From NCBI GenBank assembly GCA_037305845.1, contig CP147778.1:2080001-2144000 (forward strand): a DNA stretch of 64,000 bases, read 5' to 3'. The DNA comes from Candidatus Freyarchaeum deiterrae. GTDB taxonomy: Archaea; Asgardarchaeota; Jordiarchaeia; Jordiarchaeales; Jordiarchaeaceae. A program made the translations under genes and the position numbers. Below the pieces are notes generated by a model that was given only the letters and a program-made list of their open reading frames with translations, did not search any database and was not told where the DNA came from. Shown piece after piece: positions 20,114 through 30,173 of the stretch (positions are counted from its first letter, which is position 1; each line of letters opens with the position of its first letter).

Positions 20114-21409
20114 ATGAAGTTTGCATTGTTTTTGGGATGTTTGATTCCTTTCAGGCTTCCTTCATTAGAAAGCACTGCTAGAAAAGTGTTAAACCGATTA
20201 GGTGTGGAACTGGAGGACATATCGGAATTCTCCTGCTGTCCGAACACTATAGCAGTGGAGGCTGTGAATGATGAATATTGGTACTTTCTAGCAGCCAGAA
20301 ATCTTGCACTGGCGGAAATGAGGGGGCTTGATATTCTGTGTCTCTGCAGTGGTTGTTCTGAGAGCCTTAAGAAGGCAAACTTTGAGTTGAAAAAGAATCC
20401 TGCTTTAAGGGAGAGAGTAAACTCTAAACTGTCAGAGATAGGTTTAAAGTACAATGGGACAGTTGAAGTAAAACATTATGTGGAAACCTTAATCGAAATG
20501 GGGTTAGACACTATAAGAGAGAAAATTGTTTATCCCTTACGAGGTTTGAAGGTGGCTTGCCATTATGGTTGTCATCTTCTTAGACCCAGCGAAGTAATTC
20601 TCTTTGATAATCCGTTGAACCCAGTATCTCTGGATAAGTTAGTTCAAGTTCTGGGAGCGGATACAGTTGACTATGAAAATAAAATGCTTTGCTGCGGTAG
20701 CGGTCTTAGTTTAGTGGAATCAAAAGAGGCGCTACAGTTATCTAAGAAGAAACTGGACGAGGTCAAGAAAAAGGCTGACTGCTTGGTTGTTGTTTGTCCT
20801 TCATGTTTCCAACAGTATGATGCGGCTCAGAAGCTGATGGTAGAAAAGCCCAATGTTCCAGTATTCTATTACCTAGAATTACTGGGACTAGCGCTGGGGA
20901 TGGAGCCCGAAAGCTTAGGGCTATCCACTCACAAAATAAGTGTTTCAGACCTGGTAAATAGAATTAATGAACGTGTAGAACCATTAAAGGATTTGTCCGA
21001 AATTTTTGATCTAAACGTACTCAAAAACTGTGCCAGATGCGGCGCTTGTTCTTCTAGTTGCCCGGTCGCTGATGAGAACTTCAACCCTCATCAGATAATT
21101 AAAATGTTGATGGAGGGAAAGATGAAAGAAGTTTTGGATGCAGGAGAATTCTGGCGCTGCACCGATTGTTATACTTGTCACGAGCTTTGCCCCCAAAATA
21201 TGGGACTTGTAGAAATTTTCTCAAAATTAAAAAGTATAGTCTCGGAAAAAAAGCTCATTCCAGAAGATATAAAAAACCAGGTAGCCAATGTTCTGAACAA
21301 TGGTTTTGCTATCCCACCATCACAAGCGCTAAGAAAACGTTTTGATCTTCCCGAACCGCCCAAGCCGAACATAGAAAAGATCAAGAAGTTGGTAAAAAGC
21401 GATGTCTAA
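20114..21409 (+). CDS. Heterodisulfide reductase B-C fusion protein (two CCG domains plus 2x[4Fe-4S])
   Basis: LGC..FSCCP..CSGC and HYGCHLLRP..CCG..CPSC (HdrB); CARCGACSSSCP and CTDCYTCHELCP (HdrC). Confidence 0.88.
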   Translation: MKFALFLGCLIPFRLPSLESTARKVLNRLGVELEDISEFSCCPNTIAVEAVNDEYWYFLAARNLALAEMRGLDILCLCSGCSESLKKANFELKKNPALRERVNSKLSEIGLKYNGTVEVKHYVETLIEMGLDTIREKIVYPLRGLKVACHYGCHLLRPSEVILFDNPLNPVSLDKLVQVLGADTVDYENKMLCCGSGLSLVESKEALQLSKKKLDEVKKKADCLVVVCPSCFQQYDAAQKLMVEKPNVPVFYYLELLGLALGMEPESLGLSTHKISVSDLVNRINERVEPLKDLSEIFDLNVLKNCARCGACSSSCPVADENFNPHQIIKMLMEGKMKEVLDAGEFWRCTDCYTCHELCPQNMGLVEIFSKLKSIVSEKKLIPEDIKNQVANVLNNGFAIPPSQALRKRFDLPEPPKPNIEKIKKLVKSDV

Positions 21410-22463
21410 AGTAATAGATGGATGTGGTATAAGTGGAATTATCAGTACGAAGAAAAATCTGATTCCCGGAAGTGAAATAGTTACTTCCATAGATTCAATG
21501 AACTTTAGATATAATGGGCTGGGCGGAGGATTTGCGGGTTACGGCATTTACCCAGATTACAAGGATTATTACGCATTTCACATGAATTTTGAGAATCAGG
21601 AAGCAAAAAATAAAGCAGAAAACTTCTTTTACGAGAGTTTGAGCGTTATAGACGATGAAGAGATACCGATAAGAAAATCTGAACTCATAGACGACACCAA
21701 ATCTATAAGCTGGCGTTATTTCGTAGGACCCCCAAAAGACATGGAAAATATTGATGACTACATCGTTAAGGTTGTTATGCACGTAAATGAGAATATTCCA
21801 GGAGCCCACGTTTTTTCGAGTGGAAAAAATATGGGTGTTTTCAAGGCGGTAGGCTACCCTAAAGCGGTAGCGGATTATTTCCGAATAGAAGATTATTCCG
21901 CGTACATTTGGACAGCTCACGGAAGATACCCAACCAACACCCCCGGATGGTGGGGTGGAGCTCACCCCTTTAACATACTAGACTGGTCAGTGGTTCACAA
22001 CGGAGAGCTTAGTTCTTATGGTACTAATAAGAATTTCTTGGAAATGTGGGGATACAAGTGCACCTTGCTCACTGACACCGAGGTTTTAGCATACTTATTT
22101 GATCTGCTAGTGAGAAGACATAAGATCCCTGTAGAACTTGCATGTAATGTTCTGACTCCCAAGTTTTGGAGCGAGCTTAAAACTGATGATAGTTTGAAAG
22201 GGAAGGCTCTTAAGGCATTAAGAATGACCTATGGAGGAGCAATTGTTAATGGACCATTCAGCATAATTGTGGCAACTAACAATTTCATGTTTGGATTAAC
22301 GGATAGGGTTAAGCTCCGCCCATTAATAGCCGCGAGAAAGGATGATCGCCTCTACCTTGCGAGTGAAGAGTGCGCTATAAGAAGCGTTTGCGAAAACCCA
22401 GACCTTGTTTGGGCTCCTAGGGGCGGAGAACAAGTGATTGCATATATACAAGAGGTGACCTAA
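21402..22463 (+). CDS. Glutamate synthase glutamine-amidotransferase subunit (GltB1)
   Basis: N-terminal GCGI, HGRYPTNT, AHPF, HNGE, TDTE, NGPF, DRVKLRP. Confidence 0.9.
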   Translation: MSKVIDGCGISGIISTKKNLIPGSEIVTSIDSMNFRYNGLGGGFAGYGIYPDYKDYYAFHMNFENQEAKNKAENFFYESLSVIDDEEIPIRKSELIDDTKSISWRYFVGPPKDMENIDDYIVKVVMHVNENIPGAHVFSSGKNMGVFKAVGYPKAVADYFRIEDYSAYIWTAHGRYPTNTPGWWGGAHPFNILDWSVVHNGELSSYGTNKNFLEMWGYKCTLLTDTEVLAYLFDLLVRRHKIPVELACNVLTPKFWSELKTDDSLKGKALKALRMTYGGAIVNGPFSIIVATNNFMFGLTDRVKLRPLIAARKDDRLYLASEECAIRSVCENPDLVWAPRGGEQVIAYIQEVT

Positions 22464-23956
22464 TGTTTCCCCCTCAATTTAGCGTGGTAATCGATAGTGA
22501 CAAGTGTGAAAAGTGCAAGAGATGCACAATAAATTGTTCTTTTGAAGCCCTATCCTACGATGAGGAGGAGGATAGAATAGTTGCTAAAGACCAAAAATGT
22601 GTTGCATGCTTAAGATGCGCCAGTAAATGTCCCAATGGTGCCATAACGATTAAGAAAAACGAAATCACTTTCTCTCCACATCCAACTTGGACTCCTGAAA
22701 TAAGATCAGACATAATTAAACAAGCTGAAACTGGTGGCATGATAATCGCAGGCATGGGAAACGATGTGAACTATCCCTGCTTGTTTGACCAAATAGTTAT
22801 CGATGCCTGCCAGGTAACAAACCCTTCTATAGATCCCTTAAGGGAACCGATAGAAGTCGACACCTATCTTGGTAAAAAATCCAAACAATTAAAAATCAAC
22901 GAAGATTTCAGTTTGGAAACTCAAATAACGCCCAACATTATGATTAATACCCCTATAATCATAGGTCATGTATCATATGGTGCAATCAGCCTCAACGCCC
23001 ACAAAGCCTTAGCCATGGCGGCAAGTAAAGTGGGAACCCTAATGGGATCCGGCGAAGGGGGATTACACCCCGACCTCTATGAATTCGGAGACCATATAAT
23101 CGTACAGGTGGCTTCGGGACGCTTCGGGGTTTATTCCAAGTATTTAGATGTTGGCGCCGCCGTAGAAATTAAAATAGGGCAGGGTGCAAAACCCGGGATA
23201 GGAGGCCATTTACCAGGAGAGAAGGTTACTGAAGACATTGCGGAAACTAGAATGATACCGATTCACACAGACGCCCTGTCGCCAGCTCCCCATCACGATA
23301 TTTACTCAATAGAAGATTTGTCTCAGCTAATCTACGCCCTTAAAGAAGAAACCGATTACACGAAACCAGTTTTCGTTAAGATAGCGGCGGTTCACAACAG
23401 CGCAGCCATTGCCAGCGGAATCGCCCGGGCTGGTGCAGACGCAATAACGATTGACGGTTTCAGAGGGGGAACTGGAGCTGCTCCTCAAATAGTTAGAAAC
23501 CATTTGGGTATACCTATAGAGGTCGCTCTTGCTAGTGTGGACAAGAGGTTGCGAGACGAGGGAATAAGAAACGAGGTCTCACTCATTGCCAGCGGAAGCA
23601 TCAGATTTGCTGCAGATGTTGTCAAGGCCATAGCTCTCGGAGCTGACGCTGTAGCAATAGTCACGCCAACCCTCATAGCAATGGGTTGCACGGTGTGTCA
23701 ACAATGTTATAGAGGGACATGCGCCTGGGGAATATGTACAACCAGACCAGATCTGGCTAGGAGACTTGATCCAGAAGTCGCTTCCAGAAGAGTTTACAAC
23801 TTGTTCAGCGCTTGGACCATGGAGATTAAGGAAGTCTTAGGAGCCTTGGGAATGAATGCGATTGAAAGCCTCAGATACAACAGAGAACGTTTGAGAGGAA
23901 TCGGAATAGACCAAAAGACCCTAGAAATCTTGGGAATTAAAGCGGCGGGTGAGTAA
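22463..23956 (+). CDS. Glutamate synthase FMN-binding subunit with ferredoxin domain (GltB2)
   Basis: Two CxxCxxCxxxC motifs; SGEGG, QVASGRFGV, EIKIGQGAKPGIGGHLPG, CTVCQQCYRGTC. Confidence 0.93.
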   Translation: MFPPQFSVVIDSDKCEKCKRCTINCSFEALSYDEEEDRIVAKDQKCVACLRCASKCPNGAITIKKNEITFSPHPTWTPEIRSDIIKQAETGGMIIAGMGNDVNYPCLFDQIVIDACQVTNPSIDPLREPIEVDTYLGKKSKQLKINEDFSLETQITPNIMINTPIIIGHVSYGAISLNAHKALAMAASKVGTLMGSGEGGLHPDLYEFGDHIIVQVASGRFGVYSKYLDVGAAVEIKIGQGAKPGIGGHLPGEKVTEDIAETRMIPIHTDALSPAPHHDIYSIEDLSQLIYALKEETDYTKPVFVKIAAVHNSAAIASGIARAGADAITIDGFRGGTGAAPQIVRNHLGIPIEVALASVDKRLRDEGIRNEVSLIASGSIRFAADVVKAIALGADAVAIVTPTLIAMGCTVCQQCYRGTCAWGICTTRPDLARRLDPEVASRRVYNLFSAWTMEIKEVLGALGMNAIESLRYNRERLRGIGIDQKTLEILGIKAAGE

Positions 23957-24692
23957 AATGCAAATAGACGCTAAGGGACTTAACTATAAAGAGTTAAACA
24001 AGAAATTAAAAGAGATTGTACTAAAAGACGACACCAAAGAGATAGAAATAGTAAATGTTAACGGACACCGCTACATAGGAACTGGACTGGAAAATAGTAA
24101 CGTAATTATCAGGTTGCATGGTATTCCCGGGAACGATTTGGCCGCCTTCATGAACGGCGCCTCCATATTTGTTTACGGAAATGCTGAAGACGGTGTGGGA
24201 AACACCATGAACGCGGGATTAGTGGTCATCCACGGAGACGCAAGAGATGTAGTAGGTTACTCCATGAGAGAAGGAAAAATTTTTATTAAAGGAAATGTCG
24301 GCTACCGGGCAGGTATCCATATGAAAGCCTATAAGAACCGTTTTCCAAGCATAGTGGTTGGGGGAAAAGCTGAAGATTTTCTTGGGGAATACATGGCTGG
24401 CGGAATAATAGTTATTCTGAACCGTAATAACGAGGAATACCCCGTGGGAAAATTCACTGCAACCGGTATACATGGGGGAACGATATTCGTTAGAGGTAAA
24501 GTTTCAGAAGAAACTTTGGGGATTGGTGCCGAAATAGATGTTCCCAACGAGGAAGACCTAAAACTTCTGAATGAATTAATTTCTGAATTTTCCTTTTATT
24601 TCCAAGTTAGCGAAGATTTAGCAGGTTCAGAATTTACCAAAATTCACTCGAAAAGTCACCGCCCATTTGGAAAACTTTACATCTTGGAGTAG
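23949..24692 (+). CDS. Glutamate synthase GXGXG-domain subunit (GltB3)
   Basis: Repeated G-N/D beta-helix motifs, FLGEYMAGG, GIHGG. Confidence 0.9.
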   Translation: MSKMQIDAKGLNYKELNKKLKEIVLKDDTKEIEIVNVNGHRYIGTGLENSNVIIRLHGIPGNDLAAFMNGASIFVYGNAEDGVGNTMNAGLVVIHGDARDVVGYSMREGKIFIKGNVGYRAGIHMKAYKNRFPSIVVGGKAEDFLGEYMAGGIIVILNRNNEEYPVGKFTATGIHGGTIFVRGKVSEETLGIGAEIDVPNEEDLKLLNELISEFSFYFQVSEDLAGSEFTKIHSKSHRPFGKLYILE

Positions 24693-24781
24693 TTTTCTAA
24701 AACAAATAATGCGACAATTAAACAAGAATAAAAAATAAATTAGGTATTCCTTCGAAAATCACCGTTGTTGGGAGGGCTTTT

Positions 24782-25033
24782 TTATTTTTGAATCTTTCTG
24801 GGAAAAATTGTATCCATGCATAAGTAGCATTTAATATGTTTCACGCTTGGCAGAGTACGTGTTTTAGCAAGCCATTCATATGCTGAATTATATTCAGGAA
24901 GACTCACAATAGTTACTAGATCATGTTCTCCCGCAATCACGTAAATATCTCTAACTGCCTCGTCGCCCTCTAAAGTTTCTAAAATCTCTTTTTCTGCTCC
25001 AGGGGCTATGTCAAAAATCATAAATGCCAACAT
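24782..25033 (-). CDS. Stand-alone Lrp/AsnC ligand-binding (RAM) domain protein
   Basis: PGAEKEI, IAGEHDLV; no HTH. Confidence 0.75.
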   Translation of the reverse strand: MLAFMIFDIAPGAEKEILETLEGDEAVRDIYVIAGEHDLVTIVSLPEYNSAYEWLAKTRTLPSVKHIKCYLCMDTIFPRKIQK

Positions 25034-25049
25034 TTCTCCTCATCACCCT

Positions 25050-25304
25050 CTACTCATTTATCAAAGCTGATTTCCAAACTTTAACCACTGGCAGGGTTTT
25101 GGTTTTCACTATTTCTCGGAGCTTTCTTATATTCATAACAACATCGTAAATTCTCTTGAGACTATCAGCAGCAATAACTGCAATAATATCATGATCTCCT
25201 GTAACCAAATGGGACTCCTTTACTTCCGGCGCGGCGTGAATCTTCTCGAAAACCGCTTCCTCAGTTCCGGGTATAATATCTAATTCCAGCAAAAGAAAAT
25301 ACAT
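25050..25304 (-). CDS. Stand-alone Lrp/AsnC ligand-binding (RAM) domain protein
   Basis: PGTEEAV, VTGDHDIIAVI, IRKL..IVKTKT. Confidence 0.82.
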   Translation of the reverse strand: MYFLLLELDIIPGTEEAVFEKIHAAPEVKESHLVTGDHDIIAVIAADSLKRIYDVVMNIRKLREIVKTKTLPVVKVWKSALINE

Positions 25305-25401
25305 CTAAATCTCCTCAAGAAATGATATATTTCATAAACAATATTCCATTTAATATGCATTTCTAAAGAATTTTTTAAAAGAAGGAACCTAAAATAGAGT
25401 T

Positions 25402-26202
25402 CTAAGCAATCGTGGTTTTCAAGTATCTGGGATTACGCATTAATCCAATCTCCTCAATATCCGGTTTAATCTTCAGCTTCCCATTCTCCATTTCACTCAA
25501 AATGTTTAAAACACGCTTTTCAATATCACCCTGAAACCCTATAGTAGTCGCAAACAGTATAAGAGTCCTGATAAAGGCATCGTTCCCGAATAGTGTTGGT
25601 TCACTTATGATTATTTCACATTTTCCACCAATATTGGCTACTTTGGTGTTGATTGCCGCGACTTGCTTATTCTTTTCTGCGCTAAAAACCTTGTAATCCG
25701 AGCCTATAGCTATCCTTTCCCCAATAATTTTGTAAGCATCAGCAACTCCGTTGTCCTCATTATACATACTCAAAGCGTAGGTATCAGTTTTAATCATCCC
25801 TCGATAAACCTTCTCCACAGTATGAACAAGCTTATCAAGATCCAATATTACCGCAAATACAGGGAGCGGGTCGCCTGTACCAAAAGATTTAGCGACCGAT
25901 CTTCCAACCAGTTCCTCAATGCTTCCCCACCATGAAAAATTCCCCGCTGACTCTGAAAAAGCTTTTATCACAAGTCTCTGACCAAAAACACTTTTCCCTC
26001 CAATACTAAGCTCTTCCTCATCCCAAATAGATTTTCTATACCCTATTACACCAAATTTATCCTTTTCCTTCTTCATTTCTCCAAAAAGATCCATGTCCGC
26101 GTCGAATTGACGGCTTTGGCTCATAAGGACTTCTCTCTGTCGAATCCCAACTTTTTCCCCGTGAAGCGACGAGGCCCAGTAGTCAATTTCATATTTTACC
26201 AA
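25402..26202 (-). CDS. Hypothetical protein with a possible LURP-one/Tubby-like (scramblase) C-terminal region
   Basis: GSDYKV...QVAAINTK...GGKCEIII followed by a hydrophobic helix LILFATTI. Confidence 0.5.
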   Translation of the reverse strand: MVKYEIDYWASSLHGEKVGIRQREVLMSQSRQFDADMDLFGEMKKEKDKFGVIGYRKSIWDEEELSIGGKSVFGQRLVIKAFSESAGNFSWWGSIEELVGRSVAKSFGTGDPLPVFAVILDLDKLVHTVEKVYRGMIKTDTYALSMYNEDNGVADAYKIIGERIAIGSDYKVFSAEKNKQVAAINTKVANIGGKCEIIISEPTLFGNDAFIRTLILFATTIGFQGDIEKRVLNILSEMENGKLKIKPDIEEIGLMRNPRYLKTTIA

Positions 26203-26436
26203 TTTTTAATTTTCCTCCATCGATTCTTATTCTCACAACTATCGCACCAGAAATCGATTTCATAGTCTACTGTTTTCGAAATTATTTTTAACCAAACAAA
26301 AATTAATATTGCTTAATAATAATAGAACAAAACCAATTTATAAAACGTTTCGACTGCAATTAAAAACTACGTTAATTGTCTTAAATATTTTAGAAGTGAA
26401 GGTTGGTTATCTAATCTATGATATGTTTGGAGGGTT

Positions 26437-27897
26437 TCACAACTTATTTTTATTTAAGTACTCCTTGTATTCAAACATCTTGCGAAGACATTTAGCCGCT
26501 CTCCTTGGGTCCACATATGCTGGGACGCTCCGGCTTACGAGCATTTCGGTAAACTCTGTGTCTCTTGTGATACAGAAAACTGGTTTTTTATATTTCTCCA
26601 CCATTTTTGCTGTATCAATGGCTATTTCGTGCATGAATTGCTTCCACCTCTGCGTCATTGTTTCAATCATTTGTTCATCCACTTTTCCAGTATTTTTCCA
26701 ACCCTTGATTATTGTTGAGAGGTTACCAGCGAAAAACTGAATGATTAATGCGTCAGCCGCATCGTTTTCAAGTAGAACATTTCCACTCCACGTGAGCAAC
26801 TCAATGTTGTATGTCGCAACAAGATCCACGGGATTACCGTGGCTCCAATAGGGAGGGGCCTTTTCGCTTATCTTATCAATAATGCTCTGAGATAGTTTAG
26901 AAACCTCCAAGCCATACTCCTCACACGCATCAGCCGCAAGTACTCCCCAGCCTCCTCCGGGGGTTATTATACCCACCCTTTTACCCTGTGGTAGGGCTCC
27001 CATTGAAAAGGCTACTGCATAGTCTATGAGCTCTTCCGTGCTCTCACACGTGATAATATTGTTCTGCTTCGCAACTGCGTTAAAAATTTGGTTTGATCCA
27101 GCGATGGAAGATGTGTGGGAGTGTGCCGCTTTAGCACCAGCACTGGTTCTGCCGGCTTTGACAACTATGAATGGTTTTCTTTTGGTTAACTCCTTTGTGA
27201 CCCTTAAAAACTTTTCACCGTTACGAATACCCTCTATGAAGGCTGCCACTACCTTCGTGTCCTTGTCGTATGTAAAATACTCTAAGAAATCATCCAGCTT
27301 CAGAACCGCTTCGTTTCCACTACTAACAAATTTGGAAACCCCGCCGCCCATGTCCGCCATTGCTCCCATAAGCACCAGACCCACAGTACCAGATTGACTC
27401 ACCATAGAAATATTTCCTCTAGTTGGAAGATTGCGGGTCATCAGGGTGTTTAAACCAGTGGAAGTATTAACAATCCCCATGCAGTTGGGACCTACTACCG
27501 CTATTTCATTTTCCCGCGCTATTCGAACAATCTCCTCCTGCATTTTCTTACCCTCCTCTCCCGCCTCACCGAAGCCAGCGGTGATTATTATACATGCTTT
27601 TACCCCCTTCTCAGCGCATTCTTTGAAGACTTGAAGAACATGCTCTGCGGGAATAACAATAACCGCTAAATCTACTTCTTGAGGTATATCCGTAATCTTT
27701 GGGTAAGCCTTAAGTTCAGAGACCTTTTGAACGTTAGGATTTACCGGGAAAATCTCACCCTTAAATCCGCTGAAAATCAGGTTACCCATAACATTATTTC
27801 CTATCTTATTCGGAACGTCCGTAGCTCCGATTACCGCAACGTTTCTAGGCTCAAAGAGCGGTTTCAGGGCATGGTCGCTTCTCATAGGGTTCACCAC
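26437..27897 (-). CDS. ADP-forming acyl-CoA synthetase alpha subunit (paralog 1)
   Basis: VAVIGA, VGPNCMG, SQSG, SSGNEA, AHSHT phospho-His, NPVDL. Confidence 0.9.
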   Translation of the reverse strand: MVNPMRSDHALKPLFEPRNVAVIGATDVPNKIGNNVMGNLIFSGFKGEIFPVNPNVQKVSELKAYPKITDIPQEVDLAVIVIPAEHVLQVFKECAEKGVKACIIITAGFGEAGEEGKKMQEEIVRIARENEIAVVGPNCMGIVNTSTGLNTLMTRNLPTRGNISMVSQSGTVGLVLMGAMADMGGGVSKFVSSGNEAVLKLDDFLEYFTYDKDTKVVAAFIEGIRNGEKFLRVTKELTKRKPFIVVKAGRTSAGAKAAHSHTSSIAGSNQIFNAVAKQNNIITCESTEELIDYAVAFSMGALPQGKRVGIITPGGGWGVLAADACEEYGLEVSKLSQSIIDKISEKAPPYWSHGNPVDLVATYNIELLTWSGNVLLENDAADALIIQFFAGNLSTIIKGWKNTGKVDEQMIETMTQRWKQFMHEIAIDTAKMVEKYKKPVFCITRDTEFTEMLVSRSVPAYVDPRRAAKCLRKMFEYKEYLNKNKL

Positions 27898-27994
27898 AAA
27901 GGAGCTTATACAACTACGTTATAAATGCCTTTTCAACAATGAAATTAAATCAATATAAAACAAAACTGTAGAATCCCTACATAACATAATTTAT

Positions 27995-29455
27995 TTATTT
28001 TTCTGCCTCTGCGTTCCTCTCCCGGTACTCCTGGTACTCCACCATTTTTGCAATACACTTTACCGCCCTGATAGGACTTCCAAAAACTGGGACACTACTA
28101 TTCCTCAGAAAATTAGCTATTTCAGCGTCTCGGGTAACGAAGAAAACAGGTTTCCTGTACTTCTCATATATACCCAAAGCAATATCCGCAAAAGATTTCA
28201 CAAAGCCCTTGTACACCTCTTTAATCATCCCCATTTCTTCTTCGCGGAAAAGCGATAGCTTAGATAGGGGATACAATGCGCTTGAAAAGTCATACGCAAA
28301 ATAAGCATATAGCAATACATCAACAATATCCTTCTCAAAAAGAATCTCACAGCAGAACCTAAAGAGGTTCGTGTCTATGCTGGAGGTGAGGTCAATCGGA
28401 TTTCTTTTACTCCAGTAACTCGGCGCCCTCTCACTGATTTTGCTCACCACATCTGCTGGTAACTCAGGTACTTCCAGTCCATATTCCTCACAAGCATCAG
28501 CTGAGAGCACCGCCCATCCTCCGGCACCGCTCAAGATTCCTACTCTTCTTCCTCTTGGTAAAGGACACTTGGAGAAAGCTGTTGAATAATCTACGAGTTC
28601 ATCACTGTTATCTGCTAATGTGATTCCCGTCTGTTTTGCAATCGCGCGGAAAACCCGAATTGAGCCAGCTACTGAACTCGTGTGAGAATGAGCCGCCTTA
28701 GAACCCGCTTTGGTTTTTCCCACCTTAATTGCTATAAAGGGTTTCCTCTTGGTTAGTTCCCTCGCTACTTCAATAAACCGTCTACCATCACGAGCCTCCT
28801 CAATAAAAGCAACAACCACTCCCGCTTCGGGATCTTCACCATAATATTCCAAGTAGTCCTCTAATCTTAAGACCGCTTCATTCCCACTACTAACAAATTT
28901 TGTAAAACCAGCACCAGCCTTGGATATAGAATCCATAAGCACCATACCAAGAGTTCCGCTCTGAGAAACCATAGCAACATTTCCCTTACTGGGATAAAGA
29001 GGACTCATTAATGCAATGAGATTTCTAGAAGCACTGTAAACACCCATACAGTTCGGGCCAACTATTTTCATTCCGCTCCTTCGACCAATCTCCGAAATCA
29101 CATCCTGCATTTCCGCCCCTTCTCCACCAACCTCCCTAAAACCTGCAGTTATCATAATACATGCCCTAACCCCCTTCTTCTCACAATCCCTTAAAACCCC
29201 AAGAGCAACAGAAGCGGGAACCGTGATAACCACCAGATCAACGTCTCTCGGAATTGACGTAACACTGGGATAAGTTTTGAGCCCGAAAACTTTATCCTCA
29301 TTCGGATTCACCGGGTAGACTTCACCCTGATACTCCCCGGAAAGAATTGCAGCCAGAGTAGCCCCCCCAATTTTTCCAAAATTGTTAGAGGCACCAACCA
29401 CGGCAACACTTCTCGGATTGAACAAACTTTCAAGACCACGCTCTTGCTTGCTCAT
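27995..29455 (-). CDS. ADP-forming acyl-CoA synthetase alpha subunit (paralog 2)
   Basis: Same motifs as its neighbour (VGPNCMG, SQSG, AHSHT, NPIDL); tandem paralog. Confidence 0.9.
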   Translation of the reverse strand: MSKQERGLESLFNPRSVAVVGASNNFGKIGGATLAAILSGEYQGEVYPVNPNEDKVFGLKTYPSVTSIPRDVDLVVITVPASVALGVLRDCEKKGVRACIMITAGFREVGGEGAEMQDVISEIGRRSGMKIVGPNCMGVYSASRNLIALMSPLYPSKGNVAMVSQSGTLGMVLMDSISKAGAGFTKFVSSGNEAVLRLEDYLEYYGEDPEAGVVVAFIEEARDGRRFIEVARELTKRKPFIAIKVGKTKAGSKAAHSHTSSVAGSIRVFRAIAKQTGITLADNSDELVDYSTAFSKCPLPRGRRVGILSGAGGWAVLSADACEEYGLEVPELPADVVSKISERAPSYWSKRNPIDLTSSIDTNLFRFCCEILFEKDIVDVLLYAYFAYDFSSALYPLSKLSLFREEEMGMIKEVYKGFVKSFADIALGIYEKYRKPVFFVTRDAEIANFLRNSSVPVFGSPIRAVKCIAKMVEYQEYRERNAEAEK

Positions 29456-29661
29456 ATTATCGCCAAAAGCGAATATCTAGCTCCGCTATAAATAATTTTG
29501 GGAAAGCAATTCTCGAGGAAAAAATTCTGCGTTATTCAATACTGAACCTTTTTGTCATCGATTAAAGAGGTAAAGAAACCCTCGATATAAGTGGTTAAGA
29601 TAGTAAAACACTTAACATAAAATAAGATTATAGTATATTAAGGCTTTATGGAGGCAGTTTC

Positions 29662-30153
29662 TTGCCTGATAAATCAAAAAAAGAGGCAGTAGAGGCTGGA
29701 AAGCGAAGCGCCGAGCGTAAAACCGCCAAGGCTGCGGCAAAAGCAACCCCCGAAGACTCGAAGAAAGCTGCAGACAAGCTCTTAGAAGCTGAAATTAAAG
29801 GAAATATGTCAGCAGATACAGGTGAGCCCATGGAAATGGCTATCCGCTGCTACGAGCTTTTACGGAAGGGAGACCACTCGGCGTGGGTTAAAACGCTATC
29901 ACTTTATTTACAAGAGAAGGCCGACGTAAATGGATCAAGCGCATACTTTTGGTGGAAGACGGGACGGCACTACGTCGAGGATTATGGGGTCTACTATGAA
30001 TTCCTAAAAGAGGACAAAACCCCGTACCCAAACACGAGAAAATTCTTCTTTAAACGCAAGAACGCTGACGGTAGTGATAGAGGTTTACCAGTACCATGCA
30101 CACTACGCATCGATAACGACGGGGTTTGGAGAGTAGACCAACAAAGCGTCTAA
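29662..30153 (+). CDS. Hypothetical protein
   Basis: 163-aa ORF after a GGAGG SD; Lys/Ala-rich N-terminus and a globular C-terminal part. Confidence 0.65.
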   Translation: MPDKSKKEAVEAGKRSAERKTAKAAAKATPEDSKKAADKLLEAEIKGNMSADTGEPMEMAIRCYELLRKGDHSAWVKTLSLYLQEKADVNGSSAYFWWKTGRHYVEDYGVYYEFLKEDKTPYPNTRKFFFKRKNADGSDRGLPVPCTLRIDNDGVWRVDQQSV

Positions 30154-30173
30154 TTAGCTTACCATTATCTTTT

